A stretch of DNA of 64,000 bases from Candidatus Latescibacterota bacterium (lineage in GTDB: Bacteria; Latescibacterota; UBA2968; UBA8231), in the NCBI GenBank assembly GCA_965242865.1, contig CBDETK010000013.1:2080001-2144000 (forward strand), in the 5' to 3' direction. The position numbers were made by a program, and so were the translations under genes. Under the pieces are notes generated by a model that worked only from the letters and a program-made list of their open reading frames with translations, had not been told where the DNA came from and made no database searches. Below, piece after piece: positions 56,463-64,000 of this stretch; positions within the stretch are counted from its first letter, which is position 1, and each line of letters opens with the position of its first letter.

Positions 56463-57877
56463 ACGAACTTGGGAACTCCACAGGCGCGACCCATCCCGAT
56501 GTTCGGATTTCGGCAACAAATTTCGGCCCCATCGCGAGCAGCACCGTCGATCTGCGCCCATTGACCGTATTCGTCGGTCCGAGCAATACCGGCAAGACTT
56601 ATTTCGCCACTTTGATTTACGCCTTGCACCGGATTCTGGGTGGATTTCCACGGCTTCCTAGTATGCGCCGCTATCGTCATCCCTTTTTTCAAGGGCTACC
56701 TTATGGACTGGCCACGGATGCTGAGGCACAGCAAGAGCTCCAAGACTTTCTCAAGAAGTTAGATGTCAAGGGGCGGACATTCAGGTTCTCCGACCTGCCC
56801 AGAAGTGTGCGCGATGCAGCACAGGCGGCTGTCAGTGATCCCGATTTTCTGGGCGAGTTTCTACAGACAGAACTCAGACGCTGTTTCGCTCTGGAGTCGG
56901 TTTCCGGTCTAGTTCGATTCTCCGGTCAATCCAACAGGATGGAGGTTGCGCTGGCTATCAGTGAACAAGAGCAAGACCTCTGGCGTTTCCGCATGGAGAT
57001 CGCCGAATCGGGTGCCATCACGGATGGACGAATCGCGGACCGTTTCCATGGCGACCCCTCGCACTGGATCGACTCTGTTCGCGAACGCGAGACGCATTAC
57101 TTGCCGGCCGCCCGCAGCGGTACCATGCAGAGCCATCGCCTCATCGCCAGTGCTCTCGTGGCGCGTTCCCCCCACGTGAGAATGGAACATTTTCCCGAGC
57201 TTCCGACGCTTTCAGGTGTAATGGCCGATTTCATGCAGCATCTCATCCTTTACGAAGAGCACCGATCAACCAACCCGTCAGTGAACGCACTAGCGGAAGT
57301 AGCGGAAGTACTGGAACGCGAGGTGCTGGCCGGACAGATTAGGACTAGGCGGTCCCTATCGGGAGGGTTCCCAGAATTTGTGTACCGACCGTATGCAACC
57401 GAAGAGGAGGTTCGCCTGACCCGCGTTTCATCCATGGTGTCCGAACTCGCTCCCGTTGTGCTGTTTCTCCGCGGTGCTATCGGACGTGGCGACACGGTCA
57501 TCATTGAGGAGCCCGAAGCGCATCTTCATCCCGCCGCCCAGACCCAGATGGCGGAGACCCTAGGGCGCATGATCTGCACAGGGATCCGAGCGGTGGTCAC
57601 GACGCACAGCGACTGGTTGCTCAAGGAACTCGGCAACCTGATGCGGGAGGGGGAACTAAAAGAGAAAACAGGGGAACCCCTTTCGGGTTCGCTCCGGCCA
57701 AGCGAGGTGGGAATCTGGTTATTCCGCAAGGATGGAACGTCGGGTTCGACCGTGGAGGAAATCCCGTTTGACCGCAGCGAAGGCGTGGAGCCTAATGAGT
57801 ACGAAGGCGTCGCTGAAGAACTTTACAACCGCTCAGCGAACCTACAAAACCAACTCGAGGAACGCGAGCATGAATGA
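56459..57877 (+). CDS. ABC-type AAA ATPase (AAA_15/AAA_21, AbiEii/OLD-like)
   Basis: NFGPI, Walker A GPSNTGKT, signature-like SSMVSEL, Walker B IIEEPEAHLHP, and TTHS. Confidence 0.85.
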   Translation: MNELGNSTGATHPDVRISATNFGPIASSTVDLRPLTVFVGPSNTGKTYFATLIYALHRILGGFPRLPSMRRYRHPFFQGLPYGLATDAEAQQELQDFLKKLDVKGRTFRFSDLPRSVRDAAQAAVSDPDFLGEFLQTELRRCFALESVSGLVRFSGQSNRMEVALAISEQEQDLWRFRMEIAESGAITDGRIADRFHGDPSHWIDSVRERETHYLPAARSGTMQSHRLIASALVARSPHVRMEHFPELPTLSGVMADFMQHLILYEEHRSTNPSVNALAEVAEVLEREVLAGQIRTRRSLSGGFPEFVYRPYATEEEVRLTRVSSMVSELAPVVLFLRGAIGRGDTVIIEEPEAHLHPAAQTQMAETLGRMICTGIRAVVTTHSDWLLKELGNLMREGELKEKTGEPLSGSLRPSEVGIWLFRKDGTSGSTVEEIPFDRSEGVEPNEYEGVAEELYNRSANLQNQLEEREHE

Positions 57878-58376
57878 GGTTCTCGACGAAATTCAGTCAC
57901 AAGTGGGCACCGACAACCTCAGCAATTCGTGCAGCCGCGATGGATGCCGGGTGTCCATGGAGGATGTTCCATCTCGTCGAGTCGTGATCGACGCGGATCG
58001 GGCGTTCCCGGCTCACTAGATGGAAGAAGGTAAACAATGCGATTATATCCTCTTTTTTACTAATGCAGGCCAAGACATTCTCTTCACGGTTCCGATGGAG
58101 CTCAAAAGCGGCGGTGTTGACGCATCGGCGGTGTCCGAGCAATTGCAACGGGGCGCGGAGTTCGCCGCTCGCTTCGTGCCGACAGCTTTCAGGACTATAT
58201 GCCACCCGGTCCTATTCCATGGCAAGAGCATTCACCCCAAGCAACGCAAGACGCTTAACCGCGCCAAGGTTCTCTTTCGCGGCCGCCAGTTGACTATCAA
58301 GACGGCACGCTGCAATCAACCCAAGAATCTGGCGCGTGTGCTAGGGGACGAGGTGATGAAGGCGTTTCGGGTGTGA
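57870..58376 (+). pseudogene. Putative PD-(D/E)xK nuclease partner of the ATPase, interrupted by an in-frame TAG at 58017-58019
   Basis: ATG 57870 overlaps the ATPase stop. The same frame continues past the TAG into CDY...ELKSG...EQLQ.G. It ends in LGDEVMKAFRV, which is the Mod tail. Confidence 0.6.
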
Positions 58377-58391
58377 GGAGTGCTGCACTTA
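58341..58391 (+). repeat. Mod 3'-end repeat, copy 3
   Basis: CTAGGGGACGAGGTGATGAAGGCGTTTCGGGTGTGAGGAGTGCTGCACTTA. The 5' part matches copy 1 and the 3' tail matches copy 2. Confidence 0.88.
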
Positions 58392-58413
58392 TGACTACTA
58401 AAAAGAGGTTCCT

Positions 58414-58644
58414 ATGAAAAAACAAACCATCCAATACACTTCGCCCATTGACGCGCTCATTGCCGTGACCAAGCGGTTGAGTACCTATGAAAATCAGCAA
58501 CAGATGGATTCGGGAGAGTTCTTTGACCAGTACAGCCGGGGGCAACTAGCCGACGACGCACAATTCGTCGATTGGGCCAACGATTACCGCCACTATTTGC
58601 AACTATTACAAAGTACCCTCAAAACACCGCCCGATGCCGCTTGA
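58414..58644 (+). CDS. Small antitoxin-like protein (TumA-like), without a downstream toxin
   Basis: AGAGG SD. QYTSPIDAL..KRLS.YE...MDS.EFF..Y..G.L.DD..F.DWANDY resembles TumA-type antitoxins. The last 39 nt overlap the convergent gene. Confidence 0.6.
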   Translation: MKKQTIQYTSPIDALIAVTKRLSTYENQQQMDSGEFFDQYSRGQLADDAQFVDWANDYRHYLQLLQSTLKTPPDAA

Positions 58645-59496
58645 ATAATTCTCATTAAATTGATTAGAGGGGGCATAAACAAGCCCGATTTTCTGCCTTT
58701 GTCTTTGGATTTTGTACAACGTTATGGCTGTGGGCTTTGGCCCTAAGGAACTCATGATTATGTTGTAAGAAGAGCCAAGTTGCTCCAAGACATCTTGGAT
58801 TGCGGACATTCCTCGATCTTCAGCGAAAGCATCTAACTCAAATCTCTCGCAGTCGTATTCTTTTTTGTATTTATCGATTATTTCATTATAAGTCTTCACA
58901 GCGTTCTCGTTCTGCGGAAAAGGCGATGGATGTTGAACGCCAAGCATTAGCTTTGCCGGCTCATACCAACTGATGGGCCTCTCTGCTCTTGAGGGATCAA
59001 AGCCCACAGTTACCAAAAGTGCTGTCTTAGCTGACGGGGCCGCAATCCCTGAGAGTTTATATACAAGCCGTGGAGCTCGGGGATCTCTGCTTAACCACTC
59101 GCTTCCATAGTTACTAGGACGGTGATACACGTACCGTGCTAGTATTGAATTTTGCTCAACTTGCCACAATACATACCAAATTATTTCGCGTGGCATAGTC
59201 GAGATATCAATTAAGGTCCCTCGACATTCTGCAATAACCCGTTCAATAGAGTCCAGTACTTTCCGCCAATTATCTGCGGGTTCGTCAATGTCAAGTTCTA
59301 CTGGAATATACTCAATACACCCAGCTTTGCATGTCTTTTCAACCTCATCTCGATTCGCTTGCGTTCGGTTCGCATAACTGCTGAAATAAAACACTAGCAC
59401 TTTCTGAAGGCCGATCTTCTCCAAATTACGCTCGAATCCTATTCTGAAGCGATCTTCCCAGCTCGCGAAAGTGACGAGTAAATTACTGTTGTTCAT
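58606..59496 (-). CDS. Hypothetical alpha/beta protein, possibly a tandem Rossmann/CARF-like fold
   Basis: Start MNNSNLLV overlaps the ATPase stop. Motifs SWEDR, LIDISTMPR, VGFD..RA, SLGPKP, VYA, YSSGIG. Confidence 0.65.
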   Translation of the reverse strand: MNNSNLLVTFASWEDRFRIGFERNLEKIGLQKVLVFYFSSYANRTQANRDEVEKTCKAGCIEYIPVELDIDEPADNWRKVLDSIERVIAECRGTLIDISTMPREIIWYVLWQVEQNSILARYVYHRPSNYGSEWLSRDPRAPRLVYKLSGIAAPSAKTALLVTVGFDPSRAERPISWYEPAKLMLGVQHPSPFPQNENAVKTYNEIIDKYKKEYDCERFELDAFAEDRGMSAIQDVLEQLGSSYNIIMSSLGPKPTAITLYKIQRQRQKIGLVYAPSNQFNENYSSGIGRCFEGTL

Positions 59497-61228
59497 CCCA
59501 TAACTCCATCTGGTTATCATCTTGGTGATTCAACCCTATATCAAGCGTTCCGCTTTCCGTCGCCTTCCAAAGAGCAGCGGCTGGTATCGAGACCCTTGCA
59601 TGCTGGCCATGTGGATCAAGACCGCGAATTGGCCAGAGGATTTTGTTTGGCATATAATGAGTTTCTCTTCTGCCTTCATCCTTAGCCGAACCACTTCGTA
59701 TGTATAATAGCTGTGCCTTCCGCAGTAATTCAATTAAGCGATTCAAATTGACCATTATATCTTGGTCCCGGCCAGAAATAGTAAATGACAGGGCACACGG
59801 CTCCGATGGATGGTGTAGAAGTCGATCGCGGAAATGGACAGCAAGGGCATCAAGCAGATTAAATATCCGTCGGCCATCTTCCATAGAACAGTCCTCAATA
59901 TCCTGCGCGACTCTGTCCTTTACCCACTCCCAAGTACGTTCGCTCCGTTCCAAAATAACCTTGGTTTGTATTTCTGAGGGTATATTGGAAATTCTCTCCA
60001 AGCCTCCTTCTCTTTCCGTTTCTTTCATCTTAGAAACTACGCTATCGAACATCCAAAAACACGGTTCGAGAAGATTTCGGATCACGCCGGTTGATATAAA
60101 CACTAGTGTTTCAAAACCGGAGTATGGTGGCCTATTCGCTTTTGATGGACGGTTCTTAAAATAATGCGCCCTTTTATGTTTATACACATAATCATTTATA
60201 GGCTTTCTGTTTTCTTCTCCAAATTTACGAACAGCCTCCTCTCGAACTATTTTCTCTGATTTTTCTAAGTCCCTTTCCATAGTAGCACTCACTGGAAAGA
60301 ATTCTTTGGGAGTGGCGGAAATAGATGCCTTCTTCAGCCGTCGCTCAATTAGACTGCAAGCGAGTTTGTAGAAATTGGTATTCTTGTTATGCAAAGGTGC
60401 TTCCAAGTCAATTTGTGTGTAGTCATGCCCTTCAAGAATCGATCCACCAGATGACGTGATTTTTGTTTGAGTACCAACTTTAGCGACCGCTACCTTAAAG
60501 CTAAAAAGAGAATGATCGCGATACGCTATCCAAGAGTTCAATGCGCGGACTTGATGTTCATTCAGCGCATGTGCATCATCAAGCAAAAGAAGAAAATGAG
60601 AATTTTTAAGCCGCGGAATTTTATTAGAACACATATTTAGAATTGGAACAAGTACAGATGCAAACGAAAACGTATTCTCATAGAACGTTTCCTCGTTTCC
60701 GCTATTGATCGTTCTTTGAGTGACCAATAACTCTCTCTGAAGGAACTGCTTAACGGCTTCAAAGAAACTTACACTTTCTGGCAACTCTCCTCCCATTACA
60801 AAATTCGTCTCACTATGTAGATGTGATTCGTCAGAACCTTCAAGTACATCAGGTATTTCTGCAAGAGTTTCAGCCAAGCCGTATGCGATTGACAATACGA
60901 GAAAATGCTCCGATAGCACAGACCCTTGAAAGTCGTTGAGCAGTTGATATTCTGTTTTGTGAGTTAGCGGCGTATTGCAGGGTATATACACACCGATTGC
61001 CGAGAACGATGGCTCTTTTCCTTCCCTCTCTGCGAGAAGTTTCTGAAGCCGCCACCTGTTAAATAGCAAGGCCATGGTTTTACCACTGCCACGTTCACCA
61101 ACCAAAAAGACATTGCGTTTGGATTGAATGAATCGAGAATAATTGAAGTCGTCAATGTAGTAGTCCACTATCATCTCATCAGTGAGGTTATTTGCGGCCT
61201 CGTACTCAAACGGATTATTGTTATTCAT
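59483..61228 (-). CDS. P-loop ATPase, ORC/CDC6-like (STAND-related)
   Basis: N-terminal NPF, Walker A GERGSGKT, Walker B LLLLDDA, GHDY, and YSGF..LV..STGVIRNLLE.C. Confidence 0.75.
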   Translation of the reverse strand: MNNNNPFEYEAANNLTDEMIVDYYIDDFNYSRFIQSKRNVFLVGERGSGKTMALLFNRWRLQKLLAEREGKEPSFSAIGVYIPCNTPLTHKTEYQLLNDFQGSVLSEHFLVLSIAYGLAETLAEIPDVLEGSDESHLHSETNFVMGGELPESVSFFEAVKQFLQRELLVTQRTINSGNEETFYENTFSFASVLVPILNMCSNKIPRLKNSHFLLLLDDAHALNEHQVRALNSWIAYRDHSLFSFKVAVAKVGTQTKITSSGGSILEGHDYTQIDLEAPLHNKNTNFYKLACSLIERRLKKASISATPKEFFPVSATMERDLEKSEKIVREEAVRKFGEENRKPINDYVYKHKRAHYFKNRPSKANRPPYSGFETLVFISTGVIRNLLEPCFWMFDSVVSKMKETEREGGLERISNIPSEIQTKVILERSERTWEWVKDRVAQDIEDCSMEDGRRIFNLLDALAVHFRDRLLHHPSEPCALSFTISGRDQDIMVNLNRLIELLRKAQLLYIRSGSAKDEGRRETHYMPNKILWPIRGLDPHGQHARVSIPAAALWKATESGTLDIGLNHQDDNQMELWDEQQ

Positions 61229-61233
61229 AATGG

Positions 61234-62232
61234 CTATCTCCGCGGGCATTTAGAAAGTAGGTCAGCAACAAGGGCATCAATTGAGTAAGCCGAATTTATG
61301 TCTGCAATCTCCTTTGTTTGGTCCCCAGGAATTACTATATCAGTCAATTTGAGCGGCATAAGATCAATATCGAGTATATCACTACCACAGTGAAAGTTAA
61401 AGGTAACTTGAGTGAACTTAAACGGTTCGAGAAGAGGACTATAATAGCGAGCGTACTGCCGTTCTTGATTGAGTTTTTGAATTCTCTGATAAGTACGGTT
61501 TAAGTGGTCTGAAAGATGTTTCTCACGGATCTCGTCGGTACTATCCACATCTATATCTATCTCGTACGTTAAAACAATTCGGTTGTTCTGACGGTCAATT
61601 AGAATGTTCGTACTAGACGCATAATCATGAAATTGTTGTGACTCTGGTTCATAAAGACCTTCCTTTTGCATAAAATCCGACGTTCGTTGAGGACCTTCCG
61701 CTAGTTCATCGGCAAAGCGAAGAATAGCTGCTAATTCGCGCAACCGTACACGGCTTCCTTCCAATTGATCGACTTCGCCAACTTCTTTGAGTGTATCCTG
61801 TGAACCGTCTTGTGCAGTTCCCGTATGGGCACGTGTGGATCGAACGATTAGCGTCTTTTCACGGCGGAGCGATGCATCCGTTCCGCGAATGCGATCAAAA
61901 ATGTTGGAGACATTCTTGTGATGATCGTTTCGTCCATAAACATTACCTGCATCATGGAAGATGATAAACATTCCGAGGCAATACATTTCGATACCTGATA
62001 GATCTTTGATCATGTCGTCGTCTGCGAGAAGACGAATGACGTTCTGCTTCACATTTGACACATGCGTTGCACCGTGATCGGAGAGACTTGGTTCAGCACC
62101 TTGAATGTTCGGGTACACTTCCCTTTCGAGCTTTGACTGGGCTTGCTCGTAGGCACTGGCGAGTTCTCTTCCCTTACTTCCTTCAAATTGTTCCAGAATT
62201 TTGTCGCGCAGTTGCTCGTCAAAAGTTGGCAC
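61234..62232 (-). CDS. HD-domain phosphohydrolase (type seen at the N-terminus of HD-HSP90-like conflict proteins)
   Basis: LSDHGATH, IIFHDAG, AHTG, LAAILRFADEL. Confidence 0.78.
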   Translation of the reverse strand: MPTFDEQLRDKILEQFEGSKGRELASAYEQAQSKLEREVYPNIQGAEPSLSDHGATHVSNVKQNVIRLLADDDMIKDLSGIEMYCLGMFIIFHDAGNVYGRNDHHKNVSNIFDRIRGTDASLRREKTLIVRSTRAHTGTAQDGSQDTLKEVGEVDQLEGSRVRLRELAAILRFADELAEGPQRTSDFMQKEGLYEPESQQFHDYASSTNILIDRQNNRIVLTYEIDIDVDSTDEIREKHLSDHLNRTYQRIQKLNQERQYARYYSPLLEPFKFTQVTFNFHCGSDILDIDLMPLKLTDIVIPGDQTKEIADINSAYSIDALVADLLSKCPRR

Positions 62233-62256
62233 CTTTTTACTCCCTATATTGTTCTC

Positions 62257-63318
62257 TCAAACACAACTGTCTTGAAGTTGTCTAAACACAGCCTTCGCAA
62301 GCAGTGGGGGTACAGCGTTGCCGACCTGCTGCTGCTGAAATCCAATGGATCCAGCGAACTCGTATGAATCGGGGAACGATTGTATCCGAGCGGCTTCACG
62401 AACCGAAAGACCTCGATCTTGTGATGGATGGATGAGCATATTCTTTCGGTAATTTCCAATGACAATAGACGGACGGTCGTAACGGAGTCTATGGTAAATA
62501 CCCGTGTGGCATCGGTGCCGGTCTTTGTAATTTTTCATCATCTTCAGAGGAATGTCCTCCCAATTACCTCCCGGGGGAACAAATCGGTATCGACGTATTA
62601 CTTCATCATTATTCTTAGTAACCAAATGGCTGGAGCACCCAGCTAATCCTTGGCGAATCTCCTCGGCGTATGTAGATGGCGGGATATTACCATAAGGCAA
62701 CCATGACTCAGTGGTGCCATTTACGAGATGAGGCAGATCGGCAATAGCATCCTCAACTGTCGTCGGTAGCGATACTGTTGGTCGGGGTAGTTCAATCTCT
62801 TTATTGATTCGTGAACCTATTAAAAAAAATCGGTTACGTCTTTGTGGCACACCGAAGTCAAGAGCATTTAATATGCCACAATTTATCGTATAACCCAATA
62901 GTTTGAATCGATCAATGATGATGTCGAGAATAATTCCCTTATCCGTATCGACAATTCCTCGGACATTTTCAAATACGACGAAATCAGGTTGCCAGATTTT
63001 AACCACACGGACGAAATCATCGAACAACCAGTTATTTTTATTTTTTATCCCACGGGTGCGTGTATTGGAATACGAAAAACCCTGACAAGGAGGTCCCCCA
63101 AAGACAACAGTACCATCCGAACCGCGAGGTATCTGCCTAATTTTTTTTGAAGGTAATCGGCGAATGTCGTCAACAAAAATCTCGCAATGCGGATGATTGT
63201 TGCGATATGCACAGGCAGCGTATTGATCGGACTCAACAGCGAATTTCACATCAATTCCGGCTTGGGCAGCACCTGTGCTCATCCCACCGACGCCGGCGAA
63301 TAAATCTATGGCTATCAT
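62257..63318 (-). CDS. DNA (cytosine-5)-methyltransferase
   Basis: Motif I DLFAGVGG, IV GGPPCQGFS, VI ENV, VIII QRRNR, IX LSVREAARIQSFPD, X QVGNAVPP. Confidence 0.95.
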   Translation of the reverse strand: MIAIDLFAGVGGMSTGAAQAGIDVKFAVESDQYAACAYRNNHPHCEIFVDDIRRLPSKKIRQIPRGSDGTVVFGGPPCQGFSYSNTRTRGIKNKNNWLFDDFVRVVKIWQPDFVVFENVRGIVDTDKGIILDIIIDRFKLLGYTINCGILNALDFGVPQRRNRFFLIGSRINKEIELPRPTVSLPTTVEDAIADLPHLVNGTTESWLPYGNIPPSTYAEEIRQGLAGCSSHLVTKNNDEVIRRYRFVPPGGNWEDIPLKMMKNYKDRHRCHTGIYHRLRYDRPSIVIGNYRKNMLIHPSQDRGLSVREAARIQSFPDSYEFAGSIGFQQQQVGNAVPPLLAKAVFRQLQDSCV

Positions 63319-63377
63319 TGTAATCGAGTTCTATATAAACTCGCTCATGGTGTTAAGAATCTGACTTCCGCTGGGGA

Positions 63378-63421
63378 CGCCGTGTCTCGCCTAAAACTCG
63401 GATGTATGGCGAGACACGGCG
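63378..63421. repeat. Perfect 14-bp inverted repeat (REP-like hairpin) at the island boundary
   Basis: CGCCGTGTCTCGCC (63378-63391) and GGCGAGACACGGCG (63408-63421) with a 16-nt loop. Confidence 0.75.
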
Positions 63422-63491
63422 ACCTCTCCTTGGAAGCAATATACAAGAATAGGAAAAAGAGCAAAAGACCTAATGCCCTTCGCAAGTTATG

Positions 63492-63518
63492 AGACCGCTT
63501 GCTTCTAAGAAGCGGTCT
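63492..63518 (-). terminator. Hairpin just downstream of dnaK (possible terminator)
   Basis: 9-bp stem AGACCGCTT/AAGCGGTCT about 10 nt past the stop. The U-tract is weak. Confidence 0.45.
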
Positions 63519-63527
63519 GAAACCCCC

Positions 63528-63998
63528 CTACTTCTTGTCGTCATCTACCACCTTGAAGTCCGCATCCACCGCCCCCGAGTCTCCGCCCCCTTTCGGCTGA
63601 CCGGCGGCACCCTCCGGGGTTGGCCTGTCCTGCGCCTGTTGGGCTTGGGCGTCCTTGTAGATCTCCTCGGCCAGCTTGTGCGACGCCTGTTGCAGCGCGG
63701 TCATGGCCAGCTTGATGGCCTCGTCGTCCGTGCCTTCGAGGGCTTCCTTTAGCGCGGCCACCGCGTCCTCAACGCCTTTCTTGTCGGCGTCGGTTAGCTT
63801 GTCGCCGTGCTCGGCAACGGACTTTTCGGTCGCGTAGATGAGTTGGTCGGCCTCGTTGCGGCGATCGACGGCTTCGCGGCGCTTTTTGTCCTCATCCGCG
63901 TGGGCCTCGGCGTCCTTTTGCATGGTGTCAATCTCGTCTTGGCTCAGGCCCGAGGACGCCTCAATGCGGATGGATTGCTCCTTGTTGGTGCCCTTGTC
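63528..63998 (-). CDS. dnaK: Chaperone DnaK, C-terminal part (runs off the window end)
   Basis: [23 protein letters not shown]...[14 protein letters not shown]...RNEADQLIY...[13 protein letters not shown]. Confidence 0.95.
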   Translation of the reverse strand, partial: DKGTNKEQSIRIEASSGLSQDEIDTMQKDAEAHADEDKKRREAVDRRNEADQLIYATEKSVAEHGDKLTDADKKGVEDAVAALKEALEGTDDEAIKLAMTALQQASHKLAEEIYKDAQAQQAQDRPTPEGAAGQPKGGGDSGAVDADFKVVDDDKK

Positions 63999-64000
63999 CT

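Noticed and set aside
58017-58019. In-frame TAG as pyrrolysine or programmed recoding
   Set aside because: No pyl genes are visible and many genes here use TAG as a normal stop. A nonsense mutation is more parsimonious.
52212-58391. Three ~32-45-bp direct repeats considered as a CRISPR array or integron attC sites
   Set aside because: They are spaced by kilobases, are not palindromic, lack the attC RYYYAAC/GTTRRRY ends, and there is no cas or intI gene. They match the Mod coding tail instead.
1-64000. tRNA/rRNA genes, integrase, transposase or prophage genes
   Set aside because: None were recognised. Intergenic gaps are short and show no cloverleaf or rRNA-like sequence.

Overview
GC-rich bacterial chromosome segment. 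The FlgD/CHU_C-tailed and 'WGxIK'-tailed secreted proteins suggest a Latescibacterota/Gemmatimonadota/Poribacteria-like organism (inference only). Left to right: the tail of a probable helicase and an orphan HigA fusion; a corrinoid/C1 pair (RACo-type ASKHA activator and a MetF-MetV-like MTHFR fusion); a ~31 kb envelope region; addAB with REP/RPE-like palindromes; a lipoprotein, a Zn-dehydrogenase and a HigBA-like TA pair; a defence island; and the 3' end of dnaK. The envelope region holds TWO paralogous copies of the same six-component set: a tandem-parvulin lipoprotein, a ~890-aa Asp-rich putative outer-membrane protein, one large discoidin-like FlgD-tailed protein, two mid-size FlgD-tailed proteins and one small acidic 'SVEAx(T/S)WGQ(I/L)K'-tailed protein. 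A GT-C/TPR glycosyltransferase and an FG-GAP/ASPIC-TPR lipoprotein lie among them. The defence island holds a type III-like Res, an AlbA/ATPase joined by an apparent deletion to a headless methyltransferase, a SIR2 protein, an AAA ATPase with an amber-interrupted nuclease, orphan antitoxins, and a low-GC Dcm-HD-ATPase-unknown operon. Its cargo blocks are delimited by three copies of the methyltransferase gene's own 3' end. Best candidates for undescribed biology: the duplicated six-component surface/secretion module, the Mod-tail-delimited cassette array, and the four-gene Dcm/HD/ATPase operon. No rRNA, tRNA, CRISPR array, integrase or transposase was recognised. Family calls come from motif recognition by eye, not from database searches.
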